From positions 640,001 through 704,000 of the forward strand of contig CAWBKB010000005.1 of the NCBI GenBank assembly GCA_963789265.1: a DNA stretch of 64,000 nt, written 5' to 3'. Each line of letters begins with the position of its first letter. The stretch's first letter is position 1. Positions 32,821 to 42,719 of this stretch are shown here, in pieces. The translations under genes were made by a program, and so were the position numbers. The notes below the pieces were generated by a model, which made no database searches, was not told the origin of the DNA, and saw nothing but the letters and a program-made list of their open reading frames with translations. Origin of the DNA: an uncultured delta proteobacterium. GTDB taxonomy: Bacteria; Desulfobacterota; Desulfomonilia; Desulfomonilales; Desulfomonilaceae.

Positions 32821-34851
32821 GTGGCACAAAACCTATCCATGGTCAGAAACATAGGGATTACGGCTCATATTGACGCCGGAAAGACCACTCTGACTGAAAG
32901 AATCCTATTCTACACCAAGAAAATTCATAAGATAGGCGAAGTGGACGAAGGCTCAGCTACTATGGACTATATGCCCCAAGAACAAGAAAGGGGTATAACG
33001 ATAACATCTGCCGCCACTGTTTTTTCCTGGGAGGGTTATGAGATTCATTTAATCGACACACCGGGACACGTGGATTTCACGATTGAAGTGGAACGTAGTT
33101 TGCGTGTTCTCGACGGAGTTGTCGCTGTTTTATGCGGAGTTGGCGGAGTAGAACCTCAGACGGAAACCGTGTGGCATCAGGCCGAACGCTACAAAGTTCC
33201 TCGAATCGCATTCGTTAACAAGCTTGACCGGATAGGAGCGAATTTTCAGCGTGCTGTTTCGATGATGCGTGAACGATTGGGCGCATACCCTGTGCCCGTA
33301 CAAATCCCGATGATGGCGGCGGATGAATTCCTTGGAGTCGTGGACCTTATTCGAATGAGAGGAATTATCTGGGACCAGGCAACGCAGGGGCAAGAATACG
33401 AATATATCGAGATTCCGTCTGAGTACCTGGAAGAAGCGCAGCAAGCGCGAAGGTTTATGATAGAGACAGCAGCGGAACAGAATGAAATACTTTTGGAACA
33501 CTACCTGGAGCATGACGATCTGGATGAAAAACAAATCATCCAGGGCCTACGGGAAGGGACGATTAGGAATAAGATTGTCCCCACCTTGTGCGGCTCCGCC
33601 CTCAAAAATCAAGGAGTACAACCCGTTATCGAAGCCGTTATCGATTTTCTTCCGTCTCCAATCAATGTTCCACCGATAGTTGGGGTTAACCCGGAAACAG
33701 GCGCTCAAGAACAGCGATCGCCAAAACGGGGCGAACCGCTGTGTGCATTCGCGTTCAAAGTTATGATGGATCAAGGGCGGAGAGCCACGTATCTGAGAGT
33801 TTATTCAGGTGAGCTTGAAGCTGAAAAGGAAGTTTATAATGCCACACGCGGGATTCGTGAGCGTGTAGCGCGCCTGTTCCTTATGCATGCAAACAAACGT
33901 GAAAAGATCAAATCGGCGCCGGCAGGCAGTATTGCCCTTGCTGTAGGGCTCAAGCAAGCCAGAACGGGAGATACGTTGACCGATGCCTCGGCTCCACTGG
34001 TTCTCGAGCCACTCGACCTGCACGTCCCGGTGATTTCCATAGCCATCGAACCCAAGACTCGCAGCGATCAAGAGAAGCTCCTATCAAGCTTGGAAAAGAT
34101 AGAGATCGAAGATCCGACCTTTGCCTTTAAAGAGAATGAAGAGACAGGCCAGTTGCTCATCTCAGGCATGGGCGAGCTGCACCTGGATATTGTCCTAGAT
34201 CGCCTCAGAAGGGAGTACGCTGTCGAGGTCCAGACCGGGAGGCCACAAGTAGTTTACAAGGAGACTGTCCAATCCTCCGGCAGGGCTCATCTAATATTCG
34301 ATCGTGAAATTCACGACGTCCGCCATGTCGGAGAGGTTACTCTTCGAGTGGAATCGGCAAATAGAGGAGAAGGCGTAACCTTCAGAGTGGGACCGGGTCT
34401 GGATGCTGTACCTCAAGAGATGATAAGCGCCGTGGAACAAGGCGCGAGAGAGGCCACTTTGGCTGGAGTCCTTGGCGGCAATGAAGTAGTGGACACTAAG
34501 ATCACGCTCGAGGCTGTCGGCCAGGACCTTTTGTCCATGACCCCACTAGGATTGAAAGTTGCCGCGTCACAAGCCTGTAAAGAGGCTTGCGAAAAGGCTT
34601 CGCCGCTCCTACTGGAGCCTTACATGGGCGTCGAGGTGGTTGTCCCCGAAGAATTCGTTGGGGAGGTGATAGCGGACTTGAACAGCAGACGCGGAAGGCT
34701 CGAGCATGTTTCTCCCCGAGGAAGAACCTCCGTTCTGAAGGCTACCGTCCCGTTGGTTACCATGTTCGGGTATTCCACCGCTCTACGTTCTATCACCCAG
34801 GGAAGGGGCATATTCACAATGCAATACTCACATTATGATGCAAAGATTTAG
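32821..34851 (+). CDS. fusA: Elongation factor G paralogue outside the str operon
   Basis: [37 protein letters not shown] start after GGAG. Confidence 0.93.
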   Translation: MAQNLSMVRNIGITAHIDAGKTTLTERILFYTKKIHKIGEVDEGSATMDYMPQEQERGITITSAATVFSWEGYEIHLIDTPGHVDFTIEVERSLRVLDGVVAVLCGVGGVEPQTETVWHQAERYKVPRIAFVNKLDRIGANFQRAVSMMRERLGAYPVPVQIPMMAADEFLGVVDLIRMRGIIWDQATQGQEYEYIEIPSEYLEEAQQARRFMIETAAEQNEILLEHYLEHDDLDEKQIIQGLREGTIRNKIVPTLCGSALKNQGVQPVIEAVIDFLPSPINVPPIVGVNPETGAQEQRSPKRGEPLCAFAFKVMMDQGRRATYLRVYSGELEAEKEVYNATRGIRERVARLFLMHANKREKIKSAPAGSIALAVGLKQARTGDTLTDASAPLVLEPLDLHVPVISIAIEPKTRSDQEKLLSSLEKIEIEDPTFAFKENEETGQLLISGMGELHLDIVLDRLRREYAVEVQTGRPQVVYKETVQSSGRAHLIFDREIHDVRHVGEVTLRVESANRGEGVTFRVGPGLDAVPQEMISAVEQGAREATLAGVLGGNEVVDTKITLEAVGQDLLSMTPLGLKVAASQACKEACEKASPLLLEPYMGVEVVVPEEFVGEVIADLNSRRGRLEHVSPRGRTSVLKATVPLVTMFGYSTALRSITQGRGIFTMQYSHYDAKI

Positions 34852-34872
34852 TCTTCGGATAAGGTAAAAAGC

Positions 34873-35493
34873 CTACCCGGCCCAATCGCCCTGGAAGAAT
34901 TGTCTTGGACCACCCACATTGCGGAACGCTGAATTGAAGTTGCGATAAAATGCATGATAATTCGGAAATCTGTGCCATTTTTTGAGAAATCCGTCCGGCA
35001 GATCATCCCGTTCTTCAACCTTTTGCCACCCTCCTGGAACAGGGTACGCGTAGTAAGGCAAATCTTTTGGAATTCCTCTAATGAGCACCACTTGAGGAAT
35101 TACCCATTCACGTAGCGCCATGTACACTCGGTGCATTCCGTCGTTTATTATGAAGTGTACGGTCCCGTCCTTCTCAATTGATTCTTCAACTATTGGGGGC
35201 AAAAGATCGATCGGCTCGTCGTAGCCTTCAAAAACCAACCGCACAAATCCATTGAGAGCGAAAAGATCCACCTCATGTTCTTCCAAAGACCATTTTAACT
35301 CTCGGACCTTCTTCAATTCCTCCCTCAGGATGTAATTCTGCGGTGGGGAAAGACTGGCCGGCGAGACTTTCTCAAGAGAAATAAAGGCTCGGCTATAAAC
35401 CTTAATCTCTGGTGCTTTAAGCATGCTAACTTCCCGGAGCCTATCAATCAACTGATTCTCGGAAAACTTTTCCACGGTAGCAATCCTCATCAC
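34873..35493 (-). CDS. Hypothetical protein with a ParB/sulfiredoxin-like motif
   Basis: LPPIVE...IINDGMHR resembles the ParB/Srx PI.V..IDGHHR motif; RBS GGAGGAGG. Confidence 0.7.
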   Translation of the reverse strand: MMRIATVEKFSENQLIDRLREVSMLKAPEIKVYSRAFISLEKVSPASLSPPQNYILREELKKVRELKWSLEEHEVDLFALNGFVRLVFEGYDEPIDLLPPIVEESIEKDGTVHFIINDGMHRVYMALREWVIPQVVLIRGIPKDLPYYAYPVPGGWQKVEERDDLPDGFLKKWHRFPNYHAFYRNFNSAFRNVGGPRQFFQGDWAG

Positions 35494-35566
35494 ATGCCTC
35501 CTCCTTTGCCGTCAAAGGGCCCCTTCCTCACTCATCTTCCGAGCGGCCGCTATCCAGGATCCGCAC

Positions 35567-36229
35567 TCACATCTTCATCTTCCGCTTAATCTTCGGGCGA
35601 TGAGACTCCTGATTTTCCGACGGACCGTGATCCAGGATACGCACTAGCCCTTCCATGTTCATTTCCGCGGAATCATGTGGCGAAGTCGCCGCCATCTTTC
35701 GGGCTGACGAATCCGTAAGTACGCGCAGTACCATTTCTAAAGATTGCTCGGACAGTGAAATCTGCTTGAAGACGCGGATGCTCTCATGGGATTCCATGAT
35801 TTGACGCCAGTAAAGGTCGAATTGCTTGTTTTGAGAATCATAGGATTCCTCAAAGTAAATCTCCCTAATCCCGGCTTGGATCAATTGCTTGAAACACCAG
35901 TTGCACGGCTCGAGCGTGCAGTAAAGAACAGCCCCCTCCAAAGAAATGCCGAACCGGGCCGCTTGGTCAATGGCATTCACCTCTGCATGGCTGGAAATAC
36001 AGTAGTTGTATTTGTCCGCATCGTGGGCCCCGATGGAACGCCTCAAGCAGAAGTCCGGCCCTTTATCAATGCAGTGGGGAGCCCCATGTACAGCGCCGTT
36101 ATATCCTGTGGTCAGTATCCTATTGTCTCGTACTATGACCGCACCTATCTTACGGGAATTGCAGGTCGATCTTGCACTCACAAGCTTTGCCAGCATCATA
36201 AAGTATTCGTGCCAGGAGGGTCGGTTCAT
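35567..36229 (-). CDS. dCMP deaminase (ComEB family)
   Basis: RPSWHEYFM, TGYNG, HAEVNA, PCNWC motifs. Confidence 0.92.
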   Translation of the reverse strand: MNRPSWHEYFMMLAKLVSARSTCNSRKIGAVIVRDNRILTTGYNGAVHGAPHCIDKGPDFCLRRSIGAHDADKYNYCISSHAEVNAIDQAARFGISLEGAVLYCTLEPCNWCFKQLIQAGIREIYFEESYDSQNKQFDLYWRQIMESHESIRVFKQISLSEQSLEMVLRVLTDSSARKMAATSPHDSAEMNMEGLVRILDHGPSENQESHRPKIKRKMKM

Positions 36230-36284
36230 TTCAGAATTTCCTTTTAATGGTCCGGAAGGAGCCGTCTGACAGCTCATCCGTATC

Positions 36285-37355
36285 TCAGAGCGGCCGAACC
36301 AGGTCCTTGATCCGGTTGGATTCCACAGCGTCCATGAACTCTTCGCCCAGAACTTCGCTCAAGCGAGATACTTCATCCCATCTACGGATTCTCTCCCAAG
36401 GTCTATTTACGAAGGTGGTAAAATCTTTGCGATCCGGCAACCGTCTGCCGGGCAGCATTTTTGCAAAATCCGGACCAGGATATACTTGCAGGACTGTCCG
36501 GAGAGAGCCCTCCGGCGGCCGCCTCCACTTGAGGCGCTTGTCAAACCATCCCGGAACTATTTGCTCTTGATAGTGAAAAAACAGGGTGATCGTTCCCTCG
36601 GGAGGATGATAGTCCTGATTTAGCTGGTAGTCTATCAAGCCACCGTCCCTGTACACACCAGGGGGTGCTTCCGGGATGCCCCGAACTCCGCGAACCAGGT
36701 ATGGGAGCGAACCTGTGGCCAGCGCAGCCATGCGCAAATTATCTCTTGTCAATCTAACTGCGGCTCCGTTGAAAGATCCCAGGAAAAAGGGGTCTTTTCG
36801 ACCACAAAAGAATACGACCCTTTCAAAGAAAATCTTCATTCCGGCGGAAGAGATAGCATTCATGAAGGCAGCTACTAAGAGAGCGCTTCCCTGCACGGCG
36901 CGCGTCTCGGAAGCCTGCGGGCCCTTTACCTCTCACTGTATGCACGGCCAGATCGAAAACAGGATGGTCCAAAATATAAGGGACGTCCTCATCCGCTATA
37001 AAGTCACCAACATTCTTCCGCAGAGCAGCGGCCACAGTTATCGGGGTGTCCTGTGTCGTAAACTGGTTTCGTGAGTACGCTATTCTGAGGTTCTCGGTAC
37101 GCGCTCAAAGGATTCCTGCACGCCATAGCGAGACACCTCCACGCGCCCGCGGACGAGCCGGCCAAAAGAAACTCGCCCTCCGGCTATCTGCAGGAAACTA
37201 CTCCTCATTAATGCCTTGTCAAATCCCACTGAAACGAACCACTTCGGCCCCCCGGCGGGGGCTGCAAACACGCCCACCCTTTCGGGCTTTAACCCTTCCT
37301 CTCGCACAATATCCAGAGCGGCCGGGCCGGCCTTGTATTCCAAGTAGCGTTTCAT
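36285..37355 (-). CDS. Patatin-like phospholipase family protein split by several frameshifts
   Basis: PAGGPKW, GSSAGAW (alternate frame), ATGSLP, YRDGG motifs. Confidence 0.75.
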
Positions 37356-38102
37356 GCTTTGACAAGGATAGCACTGGCCCGCGTTTAATCCAAGAGATGC
37401 TTCTCGTTCCAGGTTTGCCAATTTATTATTGATATTTTAGTGTATTACGTGTGCAACCTCAGACAACATTGATTCTGCTTGTTGGTTATTCTCTTAACTA
37501 ATTTAAATTTTAGAGTACTTTTCTCTTGACATATTTCTAAACATAGGCAATTCAGTGAAATCAGATATTTTGACTTGGAGGAAGGGTATGTTGAGAAGTA
37601 ATACCTTTATCCATCCGTTTTACCTGAAATTTCCAATACAGACACGTCCACGCCACCCCACGCGTACCAAGCCTCTTGATTTAGACCTAAGGCGGTTTTC
37701 TACGGAGTAAGTACCTGCCGCGGTGCGTGGATAGCGTCTGTTCATAGGCATTTTCGTCCCAGCTCACGGTGCTCTGTTACTGGCGGAGGGGGGGAACAAT
37801 CCGGTTCAATTTTGCGCGCGTCGCGGTTCTTTTGTAACCGGTGCCGCGCGGGGGGGCGGCGTGCGCCCCGACGTTTTTAAATGAATATTATTTGATATAA
37901 GTGTATTAATACTATTATAGAATTCTATACATTATTTATTTGCATCAACATATTTATTTTAATGATTAAATATACATATAGTGATTGATTTTCTCGAAAA
38001 GAACCGAAAATTAGTGAAATACTGCACTATTTTTTCTTGACAACTGTTACAGAAAAGATGTTTAAGCGATCCCAGTTAGTTCGAGCTGGGAGGAAGGGTT
38101 CA

Positions 38103-39158
38103 ATGAGAAGATGCCCTTTTACGGTACTGGTATGTTTGTTCTTTTTAATTTTGAGTTGTCGCGTATTCGCATTCCAATCAGACAACTTCATTAACGTAAT
38201 CATCAAACCTGCCACCAATGGAGCAGATGCTTCCGGACCCAAAAACCTTTGGGCCCCGGGCAAGGCCTTGTCATCGGAACCTGTTTCGTATGTTCAGGCT
38301 TCCGCCCGGCCAAGGATCGGATTCAGACGGTATCGTGCCGCACAATTCACCAAACCTATTGTCAAGTGCAAAGTGCCGGTGTGTGCGGCTCATCAACCGT
38401 GCTGTCCGAAATGCATTGTTCCAAGGCGCATGCCCGGTCAGTGGCAGCTAGGCATTCAAGTATTCTTTGCCAGGGTCGGCGGAACGGTTCGATCACCGGC
38501 GACAGTGTTCGGTTTACCCACCACAGATGTAGATTTCAATGACGACCTGGGGTTGCCGTCTCATCAAACTTTGCTGGAATACTCGGCTTGGTACCAGTTT
38601 CGCCCCCACTGGGCTCTGTTTTACTCGATCATGCCCATACATCTAGAGGGGGACCATGTCACGAATAGGAATCTATATTTTGGACAATTCATCATCCCCT
38701 TCGGCACCTATGTGCACACAGACTGGGATTTTACGTACCAGCGAGTTGGCTTGGTTTATCAGCCCATTTCCAACTGCAATGCAGTGGTATCCATTTACAA
38801 TAGTTGGCTTTTCAACGACCAGAGATTGGACGTGTCAAGCGCTATATGCACGGGCCGCTGCGATAGGGTAGATCGAACCAGGAACATGGTGATGTCGGGG
38901 ATCGAAGTGCAGAAGTGCATTCGTACCCTTTGTAATGGCGGTAATTTATCCTGCGACAACAGAATTGATCTCGGGTATCTCGATGGCACCTTCGCTTTGG
39001 ATCTTCAGGTTGGATTACAGTTCACCGTTCCCATGGGGGGACGGTGGGGTTATGCAAAAGGCGGGTACAGGTTGATCAACTTCACCGAGGACCGAAACGA
39101 CCTTGAGCTGAACACCCACCTTGAAGGCGGATTTGTAGAAGCAGGTCTGATTTTCTGA
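38103..39158 (+). CDS. Exported Cys-rich putative outer-membrane beta-barrel protein
   Basis: Signal peptide, amphipathic strands, C-terminal GGFVEAGLIF ending in Phe. Confidence 0.7.
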   Translation: MRRCPFTVLVCLFFLILSCRVFAFQSDNFINVIIKPATNGADASGPKNLWAPGKALSSEPVSYVQASARPRIGFRRYRAAQFTKPIVKCKVPVCAAHQPCCPKCIVPRRMPGQWQLGIQVFFARVGGTVRSPATVFGLPTTDVDFNDDLGLPSHQTLLEYSAWYQFRPHWALFYSIMPIHLEGDHVTNRNLYFGQFIIPFGTYVHTDWDFTYQRVGLVYQPISNCNAVVSIYNSWLFNDQRLDVSSAICTGRCDRVDRTRNMVMSGIEVQKCIRTLCNGGNLSCDNRIDLGYLDGTFALDLQVGLQFTVPMGGRWGYAKGGYRLINFTEDRNDLELNTHLEGGFVEAGLIF

Positions 39159-39614
39159 TTCCTTTCCAACCCTTTTGAATGGCGCCGGCATTGAATGTCC
39201 TAAACACAGGGGCTTTAGAGACCCTCACCTTGATTGAATGTCCACTCTCAGGGAATGAGGGGTCAGAAAAAGCCTCCCTCCACCGGCGCCATTCCTTCTT
39301 TACCTCAACTCCACAAAAACGAAAAGCCCGAAAACGGCTGAAATCAGCCGCCCCTTTCAGGGCTTTTCATTGAAAACGAAAGGGTATGTTGAGAAGTACC
39401 CCTTTCCTATCACATTTTTGCTCTCTGGCAAGAACTTTTTTTTCGAGATGAAAACGCCGCTCATTTTCCTTGTTTCTTTCATGCCATGATCGACATGACA
39501 ACTCCCCACATTTAGTTTGGTTCGCTACTTTCTGAGTGTAAATTTTTTTGCTATTGCCGCGCAAAAATTTCAAACTGCCCCACTACCAAGCAGCTTATAT
39601 GGGCTATAAATATT

Positions 39615-39879
39615 TGGTGGAGGCGGCGGGAATCGAACCCGCGTCCGAGAACCTTCGGCACAAGATGTCTACATGCTTATTTCGAGTTTTGTGTCTCGTC
39701 CGGAAAGACCCCCTCGAAAAAGGTTCTTGCCAGACCAACCCGCTTGGTGTTTCGCCTTGCCTCCAACAGGCACGAAAGCTTGGCTATCCTGCTGACCTGC
39801 GCCTCTTCCGCCCCCGCGGGAGAAAGACATAGAGACGCAAGCCTTACGCGGTTAGAGCGTGCTCGTAGTTATTGGCGAG
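39615..39879 (-). repeat. 5'-truncated tmRNA copy (265 nt) with variant tag ANNYEHALTA
   Basis: Aligns to 45095-45360; the 3'-terminal 113 nt are identical, then 11 substitutions and 1 indel by manual count. Confidence 0.95.
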
Positions 39880-40175
39880 CACAAATGGGATCAGGTCTTG
39901 TTTTTTGCAGCAGCGAGATCGCGGCACGTGCCGCGCCCCCGTCGCATGACAATGAGCAGGACTTTACGGCGCAAAAAGAAGAAGTCATCGAAATAGACCT
40001 TTCAGCGCGTGAACCCAAGATCCGAAATCGCTGATTTAGCCTTGTTGAGAAGCTCCTTTCGTGAATCTTGAGGATTTGCCCCGACAGCATGGATCGCTAT
40101 TCTCCCAAGGATCTTTGCCCTATTGCCAGTTGTTACGTTTAGTAGTACATTAAAAAGTACTATAGGAGGTGTCGC

Positions 40176-40457
40176 GTGGGAAAGATAGCCAACATGATTC
40201 CAATCAGTGATCTCAGACGAGATGCCGCCAAGGTTCTGAAAAAAGTCCGAGATTCCCGAGAACCCCTCGTAATCACTCAAAGGGGGCGTGCGGCAGCGGT
40301 GATGCTCAGTGTGGAGGCTTACGAACGTTCGGAGCGGGAAAAGGAGCTTTTGCGCCTATTGGCCAAGGGAGAGAGAGAAATCGAGGCTGGTAAGGGACAT
40401 GATTTGGACTCAATTCTTGCTGAAGCCGATGCGCTCCTTGCGGATGAACCGTCGTGA
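40176..40457 (+). CDS. Phd/YefM-family antitoxin
   Basis: IPISDLRR..EPLVITQRGRAAAVMLSVEAYE; RBS AGGAGG. Confidence 0.9.
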   Translation: MGKIANMIPISDLRRDAAKVLKKVRDSREPLVITQRGRAAAVMLSVEAYERSEREKELLRLLAKGEREIEAGKGHDLDSILAEADALLADEPS

Positions 40458-40540
40458 AAATACGTTTTACCCCTTCGGTAAGAGTCCAATTCCTCTCCGC
40501 TCTGGCTTATATCTGTCAGGACAATCCTCACAGAAAATGA
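40454..40540 (+). pseudogene. Truncated RelE/ParE-family toxin (28 codons)
   Basis: GTGA overlap with the antitoxin; MKIRFTPSVRVQFLSALAYICQDNP then a stop. Confidence 0.8.
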
Positions 40541-40965
40541 CTCAGGTCGTGCCTTTTGCAGCAGCGGGATCGCTGCGCATATTTGGCTCCATTACATGAA
40601 AGTGAGCAGGACTGTACAAAGCGAAAGAAGAAGTCAAGAAACAAGACCTGCCCCCCTGACTACGTCGGCGTTTCCCAGATTCGCTCACCTGTCAGAAATC
40701 CTCTTTTCCATGGTGCCGCGGCACAAATACACGGCCAGCCTCTGTCCCCACCCTGAAACAAATGTAATCCGGTTCCCGCAAGAATTCGAGACCAGTGGGA
40801 GCTTCGATCTGGCTCTCGTCCAGAAGAAACGAGTGGAGCATTTCATTTGCCCAATAACCTTACAAGTACCAGGCTGCGGTACGATTCCAAGATTTTGAGG
40901 CAAAGTCAGACATGGTTTTACTTGATTCTTGTTATGAACTGGCAGGGGGACACTCGCCACAATTT

Positions 40966-41859
40966 TCATTCCCGCGTGGCAACAATAACTCCGGTCAAGA
41001 TCAGAACACCACTCAGTACATGGACCCAACGGACCGGCTCGTTCAACAATAGAAAAGCCTCAACGCCGCTAAACAAAGGGAGACAATAGTATACAAGGCC
41101 GGCCCGCACCGGTCCAATGATCTCGATACCTCGGTTCCAACAGAAAAAAGCCAACAGCGACGGACCAACACCCAGATATATGATGGCTCCGATAGCAGTT
41201 GGAGAAAAGTTGATGGATTTGACCCCAGTTAGCTCCCAGAGGAACCACGGAACCAAAAATAGCCATCCCAGAATAAACATGGAAGAGAGGAATACGCTCT
41301 GACTAAGTTCCGCAGGTTTGACCTGGACGAGAATACCGTACACAGCGAATGTTGCTGCCTGAATCAACATCCACACATCACCCTCGGAAAGGGTCAAATT
41401 CATCAGACGACTAAGCTGGCCGTTCGTGATCAACAGGACAGCTCCCAACGCGGCTGTGATAAGACCGACGATTCTCCGCAACGTAAAAGTGTCGTGAAGG
41501 AACAGTCGAGCAAACACTGCCAGAAAAATAGGCGAGCACAAGGCGATCAATGTCATATTCAGGGCGTTCGAGCTGTGGGCGGCTATGTAAATAAGGGTGT
41601 TGCACACAGTCAAGCCGAAGAACCCTGTCAAAGCAAGATAACCAAGGTGTTTACGGACCGTCTTCATGTCGCGGCACAAGGGGCGTATCCCAAAGGGAAT
41701 TAGCACAACTACTGCTATAAGGCCGCGTAAGAATGCAATCGTCACCGGTGGTATGGAATCTGACAGTCCCCGAGCAACAATAAAATTACCAGACCAAATC
41801 AGCGTTGCGGATAAGACGAACAAATAGCCGGTGGTAGATTGTGTTTGCCTCGGTATCAA
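40966..41859 (-). CDS. DMT/EamA transporter
   Basis: IWSGNFIVAR, two EamA repeats, about 10 TM. Confidence 0.92.
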   Translation of the reverse strand: MIPRQTQSTTGYLFVLSATLIWSGNFIVARGLSDSIPPVTIAFLRGLIAVVVLIPFGIRPLCRDMKTVRKHLGYLALTGFFGLTVCNTLIYIAAHSSNALNMTLIALCSPIFLAVFARLFLHDTFTLRRIVGLITAALGAVLLITNGQLSRLMNLTLSEGDVWMLIQAATFAVYGILVQVKPAELSQSVFLSSMFILGWLFLVPWFLWELTGVKSINFSPTAIGAIIYLGVGPSLLAFFCWNRGIEIIGPVRAGLVYYCLPLFSGVEAFLLLNEPVRWVHVLSGVLILTGVIVATRE

Positions 41860-42181
41860 GTATCACGTATCCCCATGCCGTAAAGAAATTCCGAGAAAAC
41901 CGCTTCATTATGTAGCAGATCGCTGCCCAACGCGCCACACCTGGCCGGATGGGCCTTTGGTTTTCCCTGGAACAGGACGAGCACCGGACTGCGGAGGGAT
42001 TCCAGGATCTTACAGTGGGGGGTGGCCGTAGTTTTCTTCGGACGGTCTGCAGAGGAAGGTCCCGCGCGTTGGAAAGAAAGCAAAACAGCATTGGCCGAAA
42101 TGCTTGGGGTGCAGTTCTGGGGTGTGCATTCGTTTGCACCCCCATTTTCGTCAACAAAAGTCAAAAATATCGCGGAATTAC

Positions 42182-42212
42182 TGGTGGAGGCGGCGGGAAT
42201 CGAACCCGCGTC
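42182..42212 (-). repeat. 31-nt tmRNA 3'-end copy (att core)
   Basis: tggtggaggcggcgggaatcgaacccgcgtc identical to 45095-45125. Confidence 0.95.
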
Positions 42213-42719
42213 GTGAGTTATTAAGTCTCGGCATATCAATATGTCACCTCTGCGCCAGAGTCAATTGCATCCAATTTGCATCCAATGTAGATCTTGTCCA
42301 TTCACTCCACTGAAATTCCCTCAACCGTTCAGCGTTCATATGATAAATCCGAGTGTTTTCAGCAATCTTGATGTTCGACGATTTCACGATGTTGTTTGAC
42401 TGACTGGATAAAATCGGCTAACCTTATAAGCGTGTCATTTGTGATCAAGCCTCAAGGCAAATAAAGCAATTGGTGTTGCGTTATTTAGTAATTGTATTCG
42501 ACCATTAAATTCTTTATTTCGTGATCCCCTCTTTATCCGATGCTGCAAAAGTACAGGGAGGGACAACAAGCCGATAATCAGAAGACAAGTTAATTGTGAA
42601 AGTAGAATTGACCCACTTTTTTCAGGGAGGAGTTCCATGCAAACGCTGTAAAGAAATCGTGGTGTTACGGGGCCAGAACCACCCAAAAGCAAATCCTTAT
42701 CTTAAGGGAGGGAGAAAAA

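Noticed and set aside
37875..38040. Replication origin in the AT-rich tract
   Set aside because: No clustered TTATCCACA boxes, iterons or rep/dnaA gene seen; more likely a promoter region.
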